Below are positions 57,170 through 64,000 of a stretch of DNA of 64,000 nucleotides, piece by piece (position 1 is the stretch's first letter; every line of letters begins with the position of its first letter). The notes beneath the pieces were generated by a model. That model saw only the letters and a program-made list of their open reading frames with translations. It made no database searches and had not been told where the DNA came from. The position numbers were made by a program, and so were the translations under genes. Source of the stretch: Bacteroidota bacterium (GTDB lineage: Bacteria; Bacteroidota; Ignavibacteria; UBA10030). The DNA lies in assembly GCA_049644265.1 (NCBI GenBank), contig JBARRO010000139.1, positions 5,462-69,461 on the forward strand, read 5' to 3'.

Positions 57170-59443
57170 ATGGCCTACCGGATCTCACTGATTCTGATTG
57201 TTGCCTCCGGCTTCTTCGGGTTATCCTCGACCCCGTACCTCAAGCCTTCATCGAAGCCACATTCTTCGGAATCCACTGAGCAAATCTACGCACCCTTCGA
57301 TACGCTTCGCACGGACCTCCGGGACTACCACTGGCCAACCGTTCCATACCTTAGAATCACCTCGGCGTTTGCCGACGTCCGGTCATTCCATTTCCATGCA
57401 GGGATCGACATTTCGACAAACCGGAGGAAGGGTTACGAGGTTTTTGCTTCCCGGAGCGGCTACGTCTCCAGAATCTGGATTTCACCCTACGGCTACGGCA
57501 AGATCATCTTCATCCGTCACCCCGACGGATTCACCACGACCTATGCGCACCTGCAGCATTTCAAGAAGGAGATTGATGATTTTGTCCGACTGGAGCAATA
57601 CAAGAACGAAAAGTACTCACTCGATCTGACGTTGACGCCTGATCAATTTCCGGTTCAGCAGGGCGATGTCATCGCGTACACCGGCGACACGGGTGTTGGT
57701 TTGCCTCACCTGCATTTTGAGATCCGCGACGAATCGTTGAATCCCGTCGACCCGCTCCTGTTTCCCGGCATCGCATCGTATTGTCCTGACCGCATTGCTC
57801 CGGCGTTCAGGGAAATTTCCTTCTCTCCCCTGACTTCCAGCACTCTCATTCAAGGCGACACGCGTTCGTGGACTGCGGATATCCGGAAGATCAGCGGATC
57901 GGAATTCCAGCTTCCCGGCATTCTTCATCTTTCAGGAAATATCGGCATCAGCATCAAGGCCGTGGATTGGATCGGCACGTCGTACTATCCGAACCGCGCC
58001 AACCAGTACGAGGTGTACGTCGACGATTCGCTGCTGTTCAGCTCCAGCATCGTTCGGTTTCCCGCGCGCGATATGAAACAAATTGCCGTCCATTACGACT
58101 GGACATTGAACCGCGAGGGAAAGGGATATTTCCAGAAGCTCTTCGTGGAACCCGGAAATCACCTTCCGTTCTACGCCCGGCAACCCGAGGGCGCCGGAGT
58201 TCTTGAAACGGAACACTATGCGGAAGGATTCCATGCTCTCAAAATCGTCACGAAGGATGTATCCGGCAACAAGTCTCAGCTTCGGGCAACCCTCGCATTC
58301 AGCCATCCGCCTTCGATCGACGTCAGCATGACGGAAGGGAAGCTGCTTGTTTCGAGGCTGGATTCTGGAAACCTCCAGGTGCTTTCGGTCGGCAGCAGCC
58401 AGGGTTCGTCGAAAAGCATGCGCAGGGTCGACCCATCCCGTCTTGTTTCAAACGACGGGCGATACGAAATTCCCCACAAGTATCTCACCAGGAACATTGT
58501 CAAGGTCGTTGCAGAAAATCGATTTGGGACGCCCTCCCGGCCACACTTTGTGCTCCTTGATCCGCCCCGGAGCAGCAATACCTCTTTGAGGATCGACAAG
58601 GAATTCATGCGCGATTTCGTTTACATCACCGTGAAATCGCATCTCCCGTTTACCCTTCGTCCTTCCGTTTGGGTCTCTCTGGGGAACCGTCGTGAGCTCC
58701 TCGACATTTCGGCGCTCGAGGCGAACAAGTATGCGGGAACATTTCCCTTGCGACCGGAGGACTCCGGTCCACTCCGGATTCAGGCCACTGCAGACATCAA
58801 CGGGGCATCGCTTGTGGAGGCGTTCGATGAATCGGCCGTGTCCCCGATAACTCCCGAAGAGGGCGGAACAATTGAGTCGGGAGATTTTCGGATTACCTTC
58901 CCCGTCGACGGAGTTTTCCAGACTTTGTACTGCAGAGTTGAAAAATCCTCGGGCTGCTACGAAGTGTATCCATCCGATGTCGTGCTCAACGAGGGCGCGA
59001 TAGTTGAATGCAGGATTCCGCCGTTAGAAACCGGAACCAGAGTCGGACTGTTCCATGACAACGGCGAGGGATGGGAGCTCATTGACCGGACTGCGGTCGG
59101 ACAGAAGGAAGTTCTCTCGGGCCGCGTGGACAGGTTGCTCGGAGAATTTGCAGTGCTGGAGGATAACACTCCGCCAACGATTTCGGGAATTCGGATATCA
59201 CCAATGAGCAAGAAGCTACGGGTTACTTTCCGCCTTTGGGATAATCTGGCCGGCACCGCCCCGGACAGTATCCACATCCGCGTTGACGGTCAATTGCTCA
59301 TCGGAGAATACGACCCTTACAATCGTCTCGTGACATTCGATGATGTGCGTGAGCTTCCTCCCGGAAGTCACGAGCTGAGCATTGAAGCGCAGGACCGGCT
59401 TGGAAACAAATCCTTCGCGTTGCGGTCGTTTCATACCAAGTAA
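57170..59443 (+). CDS. Secreted M23 (LytM-type) metallopeptidase with a long C-terminal Ig-like extension
   Basis: 757 aa. Signal/anchor, HxxxD (FHAGIDIS) and HLHFE motifs. 6 nt downstream of the parA-like gene. Confidence 0.8.
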   Translation: MAYRISLILIVASGFFGLSSTPYLKPSSKPHSSESTEQIYAPFDTLRTDLRDYHWPTVPYLRITSAFADVRSFHFHAGIDISTNRRKGYEVFASRSGYVSRIWISPYGYGKIIFIRHPDGFTTTYAHLQHFKKEIDDFVRLEQYKNEKYSLDLTLTPDQFPVQQGDVIAYTGDTGVGLPHLHFEIRDESLNPVDPLLFPGIASYCPDRIAPAFREISFSPLTSSTLIQGDTRSWTADIRKISGSEFQLPGILHLSGNIGISIKAVDWIGTSYYPNRANQYEVYVDDSLLFSSSIVRFPARDMKQIAVHYDWTLNREGKGYFQKLFVEPGNHLPFYARQPEGAGVLETEHYAEGFHALKIVTKDVSGNKSQLRATLAFSHPPSIDVSMTEGKLLVSRLDSGNLQVLSVGSSQGSSKSMRRVDPSRLVSNDGRYEIPHKYLTRNIVKVVAENRFGTPSRPHFVLLDPPRSSNTSLRIDKEFMRDFVYITVKSHLPFTLRPSVWVSLGNRRELLDISALEANKYAGTFPLRPEDSGPLRIQATADINGASLVEAFDESAVSPITPEEGGTIESGDFRITFPVDGVFQTLYCRVEKSSGCYEVYPSDVVLNEGAIVECRIPPLETGTRVGLFHDNGEGWELIDRTAVGQKEVLSGRVDRLLGEFAVLEDNTPPTISGIRISPMSKKLRVTFRLWDNLAGTAPDSIHIRVDGQLLIGEYDPYNRLVTFDDVRELPPGSHELSIEAQDRLGNKSFALRSFHTK

Positions 59444-59482
59444 TCTTCGAGTTCTTCCCGACTCAACCCATTCTACTAAGCA

Positions 59483-59538
59483 AGACTCCCGGAATACTTC
59501 TCAGCGAGATTCCGGGAGTCTTTCTTGTCTCTTTTTCC
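59483..59538 (+). terminator. Rho-independent terminator; stem shared with the valS terminator
   Basis: agactcccggaat-13 nt-attccgggagtct followed by ttcttgtctctttttcc. Confidence 0.75.
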
Positions 59539-59545
59539 CGGTTAT

Positions 59546-59745
59546 ACTCTTCGTGCACTTCGTGTCCTTCGTGGTTTGATTACCTCCAAGATTTTTCGTT
59601 AATTATCCTCGTGGGACGGGTAGCTTTAGGGCTACCTTTTTAGTTTCAGTTGGGAGTTGGATATTGGGTGTTGGGCGTTGAAGAGAGATTCAATTTCCAA
59701 TGGTCAATTACCAATTTCCAATATCCAATGTTGAAGAAAAAGATC
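59546..59745. repeat. CACTTCGTGTCCTTCGTGG element plus TTGGATATTGG...TTCAATTTCCAA hairpin-repeat cluster
   Basis: cttcgtgcacttcgtgtccttcgtggtttg, then gggagttggatattgggtgttgggcgttgaagagagattcaatttccaatggtcaattaccaatttccaatatccaatg. Confidence 0.65.
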
Positions 59746-59772
59746 TCGTAGAATGAACTAACCACGAACTCG

Positions 59773-62496
59773 ATGCAGGAACTTTCAAAAACATACAACC
59801 CCAAAGAAGTCGAAGACCGGTGGTATCAGTACTGGGAGTCGAACCGGCTTTTCCATGCAACAGTGAATCCGGCGAAGAAACCGTACACCGTCGTCATTCC
59901 TCCTCCCAATGTTACCGGGATTCTCCATATCGGACACATCCTCAACAACACCATCCAGGACATCCTGGTGCGGTGGAAGCGGATGCAGGGATTTGAGGCG
60001 TGTTGGATTCCAGGGACCGACCACGCAGGCATCGCGACGCAGAATTCCGTCGAGAAAGCCCTTGCAAAGGAAGGGATCGACCGCCACAAGCTCGGACGCG
60101 AGAAGTTTGTCGAGCGGGTCTGGAAATGGAAGGAACAGTACGGCGGGACCATTATCCGGCAATTGCGGAAGATCGGGGCTTCCTGCGACTGGGAGCGCGA
60201 ACGCTTCACTCTGGATGAGGGCCTTTCAAAGGCCGTGAACGAAGTGTTTGTCCGGTTGTACGAAAAGGGATTGATTTATCGCGGCAAGTATATCGTCAAC
60301 TGGTGCCCATTCCACCAGACTGCGCTGAGCGACGATGAGGTAGAAAACAAACCGACGACCGGCAATCTCTATTTCATCAAATACGCAATCGAAGGATCAA
60401 CCGAGGTTGCGGTGGTTGCCACGACGAGGCCGGAGACGATTCTCGGAGACACGGCAGTATGCGTCAATCCGAAAGACGAGCGCTACAAACACCTCGTCGG
60501 GAAGACCGCTATCCTTCCCATCGTCGGCCGCAAACTCCCGATCATCGCCGACGATTACATCGATTCTTCGTTTGCGACCGGCATGATGAAGGTGACACCC
60601 GCCCATGACCCGAACGACTTTTTCCTCGGGCAGCGTCATAATCTTCCCCAGCTGAACATCTTCGATGAAACGGCGCACCTCAATGAATCAGTACCGAAGC
60701 AGTATGAAGGGATGGACAGGTTCAAGTGCCGGAAGCAGATTGTTCAAGACCTCGAAGCGTCCGGAAATATCGTGAAGATCGATCGTTACGACCACAACAT
60801 CGGGCACTGCTACCGGTGCGAGACGGTCATCGAACCGTACTTGTCCGACCAGTGGTTTGTGAAAATGAAACCGCTTGCCGGAGCTGCCTTGCGCGTGGTT
60901 CATGGCGGAAAGATCCGGTTTCATCCGAAGCGATGGGAAAAGGTGTATGAAAACTGGATGATGAACATCCGCGACTGGTGCATTTCGCGGCAGATTTGGT
61001 GGGGGCATCGAATTCCCGTTTGGTATTGTCTTGGCGAGGCTCGGAAGCCCGAGTGCACAAACCCGATCGTCGCGAGGGCGCTGCCGGATCGATGCCCGCA
61101 TTGCGGCTCCACGAAGCTGCGGCAGGATGAAGACGTGCTCGACACATGGTTCTCATCGTGGCTCTGGCCGTTCTCCACGCTCGGCTGGCCGGAGAACACA
61201 CCGGACCTCCGCTATTTCAACCCTACGGATACGCTGGTCACTGCACCGGAGATTATTTTCTTCTGGGTTGCGCGCATGGTCATGGCCAACATGGAATTCA
61301 TGAAAGGCCTCCCCGGCCGCGACGGGAAACCGCGGAAGAACGACGACGACCTCGTGCCGTTCACCGACGTGTATTTCACGAGCATCATCCGAGATCTCCA
61401 GGGGCGCAAGATGAGCAAGTCTTTGGGGAACTCACCCGATCCCCTGGATGTGATCGATGAGTACGGCGCCGACGCGCTTCGCTTCACGGTGGCTTACCTG
61501 GCTCCACTTGGCCAGGATGTTCTTTTCGCCACGGAGAAATGCGAAATCGGCAGGAACTTCGCCAATAAGATCTGGAATGCCGGCAGATTCCTTCTGATGA
61601 ACAAGGCCGAGATCTGCGGAGCGGGCGATGTGAATCTCGATTCATTGCCGACGGGGAATCTGGATCTCGCCGACAAGTGGATCCTTTCCCGACTGAACCA
61701 TGCGATCCGGGATTTCAATGAGTCGCTGACTGAATTCCGTATCAACGAGACCAGCAAAATTCTTTACGACTTCATCTGGCACGATTTCTGCGACTGGTAT
61801 ATAGAGCTTGCCAAAACCCGGTTTTATGGAGACGAATCTGCGGATATTAAGGAGGAAGTAATCACGCGTGCGCTTTGGATCTTCGACCAGGCTCTTCGGA
61901 TGCTGCATCCCGTGATGCCGTTTGTGACCGAGGAATTATGGCAACACCTAACCGGACGGAACGGCGCCAGCCTTGTGCGGGCCGCGTTTCCGACTCACCA
62001 GGATACGCTGATCGATGAGAAGACCGAACGGGAGATGAATTTTGTGCAGGCAGTCATTGACTCCATTCGGAACATCCGCGGAGAGAACAGTATCCCGCCT
62101 TCAAAGGGAATCAACCTGCAAATACGGCTCTCCGACGGTCAGAAATCGACCGTGTTTCAAACATACGAGAGTTATCTGAAAAAATTGGCACGGGTGGAAG
62201 CAATTCAGTTCCTCCAGGGAAGCGCAAAACCAAAGCTCGCTTCAAGCGCTGTTGTCGAAGGCGCCGAAATCTTTGTCCCGCTTGAAGGACTGATCGATAT
62301 CGAAGCTGAGCGCAAGCGACTGGAGAAGGAGATTGCACGGCTTCAGCAGTTGGTAGATGGAATTGAGAAGAAGCTTGCGAACGCTCAGTTTGTAGAGCGT
62401 GCGCCGAAAGAAGTGGTGGAAAAGGAGAGGGAGAAACAGCTCAATATGAAATCGAATATTGAGAAATTGAAGAAGAATCTGGAGCTTATTTCCTAA
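59773..62496 (+). CDS. valS: Valine--tRNA ligase
   Basis: 907 aa. HIGH (PPPNVTGILHIGH), KMSKS, and a C-terminal coiled coil. Confidence 0.97.
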   Translation: MQELSKTYNPKEVEDRWYQYWESNRLFHATVNPAKKPYTVVIPPPNVTGILHIGHILNNTIQDILVRWKRMQGFEACWIPGTDHAGIATQNSVEKALAKEGIDRHKLGREKFVERVWKWKEQYGGTIIRQLRKIGASCDWERERFTLDEGLSKAVNEVFVRLYEKGLIYRGKYIVNWCPFHQTALSDDEVENKPTTGNLYFIKYAIEGSTEVAVVATTRPETILGDTAVCVNPKDERYKHLVGKTAILPIVGRKLPIIADDYIDSSFATGMMKVTPAHDPNDFFLGQRHNLPQLNIFDETAHLNESVPKQYEGMDRFKCRKQIVQDLEASGNIVKIDRYDHNIGHCYRCETVIEPYLSDQWFVKMKPLAGAALRVVHGGKIRFHPKRWEKVYENWMMNIRDWCISRQIWWGHRIPVWYCLGEARKPECTNPIVARALPDRCPHCGSTKLRQDEDVLDTWFSSWLWPFSTLGWPENTPDLRYFNPTDTLVTAPEIIFFWVARMVMANMEFMKGLPGRDGKPRKNDDDLVPFTDVYFTSIIRDLQGRKMSKSLGNSPDPLDVIDEYGADALRFTVAYLAPLGQDVLFATEKCEIGRNFANKIWNAGRFLLMNKAEICGAGDVNLDSLPTGNLDLADKWILSRLNHAIRDFNESLTEFRINETSKILYDFIWHDFCDWYIELAKTRFYGDESADIKEEVITRALWIFDQALRMLHPVMPFVTEELWQHLTGRNGASLVRAAFPTHQDTLIDEKTEREMNFVQAVIDSIRNIRGENSIPPSKGINLQIRLSDGQKSTVFQTYESYLKKLARVEAIQFLQGSAKPKLASSAVVEGAEIFVPLEGLIDIEAERKRLEKEIARLQQLVDGIEKKLANAQFVERAPKEVVEKEREKQLNMKSNIEKLKKNLELIS

Positions 62497-62508
62497 GATT
62501 CCTTAGAG

Positions 62509-62583
62509 AGACTCCCGGAATCTCTCCCGGTCCAAACAAGGCAAGATTCCGGGAGTCTTTCCAGGATTTCCGGGAGTCTTTTG
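62509..62583 (+). terminator. Terminator hairpin using the same 13-bp stem as 59483-59521, followed by a partial third copy
   Basis: agactcccggaat-24 nt-attccgggagtct ttcc agg atttccgggagtcttttg. Confidence 0.65.
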
Positions 62584-62594
62584 CGGAGGCGAAC

Positions 62595-62990
62595 ATGAAA
62601 AAACTCGTCATCGTTCTTGCGCTCGCAGCCGGCATCTTTGCAGGCTACGTCGACCTGCATTCGGTCGAAGTGTATCTGCCGGTCATCCTTGTCCTTGGCT
62701 TCGCATTCATCTTCGCCTACCTCCTTCCTTCCATTGTGTGGAGAGTGGCCCTGCTCGTAGGTATCGGCATTCCCCTGATGGTTGTCGCCGCGTACTATCT
62801 CGGTTACGAGCCGGCGTGGGTCGAGGAAATGCGCAGCCAGATTCCGGATTTCGATTATGATATCTCCAACGCACTGCAGTCAGTACTCGCCTTCATCCCT
62901 TCGTTCATTGGAGCGTACGGTGGAGCGCTGGTGAGAAAGGTTATCACATCAATGCTGACGAAGAAGAGTCCAGGAGATTTAGGCGGTTGA
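62595..62990 (+). CDS. Hypothetical 4-TM membrane protein
   Basis: 131 aa, ATG with an upstream GA-rich region. Confidence 0.5.
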   Translation: MKKLVIVLALAAGIFAGYVDLHSVEVYLPVILVLGFAFIFAYLLPSIVWRVALLVGIGIPLMVVAAYYLGYEPAWVEEMRSQIPDFDYDISNALQSVLAFIPSFIGAYGGALVRKVITSMLTKKSPGDLGG

Positions 62991-63120
62991 CTGGTTACTT
63001 GGTTAATTGGTTGATTGGTAGCTCGTCAATTGGTGACTGGAAAATTGGTTAATTGATAGGTTTGTTAGTGACCACTTACCGATTAACAACTCACCTCTCA
63101 CCAATTAACCCCACCAAAAG
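62991..63120. repeat. GGTTAATTGG word array, self-complementary (long imperfect hairpin)
   Basis: ctggttacttggttaattggttgattgg...ccgattaacaactcacctctcaccaattaacc. Same family as 29335-29430. Confidence 0.7.
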
Positions 63121-63169
63121 TTGAAGCACGGCGCCTGCCTGCCGGTAGGCAGGGGCAAGCATTCAGGAT

Positions 63170-63250
63170 TTCCATCATTCATCTTCCCTCTCCATCACCT
63201 CATACACATTTCGCATTACTCATTGCACATTGCTCATTACTCATTGTCCA
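63170..63250. repeat. CATTGCTCATTACTCATTG word array
   Basis: cgcattactcattgcacattgctcattactcattgtccattgaatcc. Same family as 16838-16925. Confidence 0.6.
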
Positions 63251-63260
63251 TTGAATCCCC

Positions 63261-63671
63261 ATGGTCCCTCAATCCACACTCTACCTCGGCGAGCTCCGCT
63301 GCAAGGCCACACACGGGCCGAGCAAAGTTGAGCTCACTACTGACGCTCCCACGGACAATCACGGACGGGGGCAGAGTTTTTCCCCGACCGATCTGGTTGT
63401 AACCGCTCTTTCCACGTGCATGATCACGACTGCAGCAATCACGGCCCAGCGCGACGGCGTGAAGCTCGACGGAACAAAGATCTACGCCGAAAAGCACATG
63501 AGCACCGACGCGCCGAGACGCATCGCCAAGATTGTCACGCATTTGTACGTGGCTCCCGGCATTCCCGTCGACTACAGGCCAAAGTTCGAAACGCTTGTGC
63601 AGACGTGCCCGGTGGCGAAGAGCATCCATCCGGATATCGCCCTCGACCTGAAATTTACTTATCCTGATTAG
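63261..63671 (+). CDS. OsmC/Ohr family peroxiredoxin-like protein
   Basis: 136 aa. Two conserved Cys (LSTCM and VQTCPV) in an OsmC fold. Confidence 0.8.
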   Translation: MVPQSTLYLGELRCKATHGPSKVELTTDAPTDNHGRGQSFSPTDLVVTALSTCMITTAAITAQRDGVKLDGTKIYAEKHMSTDAPRRIAKIVTHLYVAPGIPVDYRPKFETLVQTCPVAKSIHPDIALDLKFTYPD

Positions 63672-63795
63672 AAGCAGTTCACAGAGGTCTCAGAGAAGAA
63701 CAAAGCACACAGAGGAAAGACTGGAGTGTGAAGCATCTTGTTTAGAAGCGTTCACAGAGGTCTCAGAGAAGAACAGAGCACACAAAGGAAGATTA
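63669..63795. repeat. Two approximately 52-bp direct repeats separated by 23 bp
   Basis: tagaagcagttcacagaggtctcagagaagaacaaagcacacagaggaaaga and tagaagcgttcacagaggtctcagagaagaacagagcacacaaaggaagatt. Confidence 0.8.
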
Positions 63796-63818
63796 GGAGA
63801 AGAAAGGATTGAGCCCAA

Positions 63819-64000
63819 TGGCGAGCTCAGATACCAATTCCCTGAGAATTGACGAAGCAACGGAGCGGGATATTCCCGTCATCCTGCAATTCATTAAAGG
63901 GTTGGCGGAATACGAACGCCTCGTTCATTCTGTAGTGGCGACAGAAGAAATCCTGCGCGAAACTCTCTTCGGAAAGCGCCGATATGCTGAGGTGCTCATT
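63819..64000 (+). CDS. GNAT family N-acetyltransferase, N-terminal fragment (continues past window end)
   Basis: ATG at 63819 with RBS aggaga. N-terminus IDEATERDIPVILQFIKGLAEYERL is typical of GNAT (spermidine/diamine acetyltransferase-like). Confidence 0.6.

Noticed and set aside
1-64000. IS elements, transposases, integrases, restriction-modification, toxin-antitoxin or other classical defence systems
   Set aside because: No ORF in either strand shows DDE/transposase, tyrosine/serine recombinase, methyltransferase-endonuclease or TA signatures. ORF6N and the four-helix-bundle gene are the only mobile-element-associated families, and both are singletons.

Overview
This 64-kb window is a chromosomal segment from a Gram-negative FCB-group bacterium (Bacteroidota or Ignavibacteria-like). 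Evidence for that placement is a type-9-secretion C-terminal sorting domain on a multihaem cytochrome, lpxB/lpxK, and Bacteroidetes-style ORF6N and four-helix-bundle genes, with GC roughly 55% by eye. I support about 52 protein-coding genes, arranged in long co-oriented blocks: 1-29.3 kb is all on the minus strand and 29.5-42.1 kb is all on the plus strand. I could not find rRNA, tRNA, CRISPR arrays or IS/transposase genes by eye.

The gene content is mostly core:
- Housekeeping genes: ppdK (5' part), lpxK, lpxB, smc, tpiA, gatB, sucC, pruA-like aldehyde dehydrogenase, folD, purM and valS.
- A lipid-A operon: lpxK and lpxB followed by an ICMT-family methyltransferase (LmtA-like) and a HAD phosphatase.
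- A peptidoglycan-recycling locus: ampG, a NagZ(GH3)::beta-lactamase-fold fusion, SpoIID/LytB, a HIT-like DUF4922 protein, GNAT, GT2 and a BadF-type sugar kinase.
- A periplasmic redox module: tlpA, dsbD, a sensor kinase with a CxxCH haem motif, and a small secreted Cys-containing protein.
- A 1,030-residue-ORF multihaem c-type cytochrome (at least eight CxxCH motifs) with FN3 and T9SS sorting domains.
- An exopolysaccharide-type cluster: GT4, polysaccharide deacetylase, Wzx flippase, GT4 and DUF2721.
- A parA-like ATPase immediately upstream of a large M23 peptidase.

The most striking non-genic signal is that nearly every intergenic gap is filled with short-period (7-9 nt) degenerate 'word' repeats. 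These fall into a few recurrent families that occur in both orientations, form long imperfect hairpins, supply identical terminator stems at different loci, and run into the ends of coding regions. This intergenic repeat system, together with the HIT-like/kinase pair in the peptidoglycan-recycling locus and the lipid-A methyltransferase/phosphatase pair, is what I consider most worth follow-up. Every functional call rests on motif recognition by eye; no database search was run.
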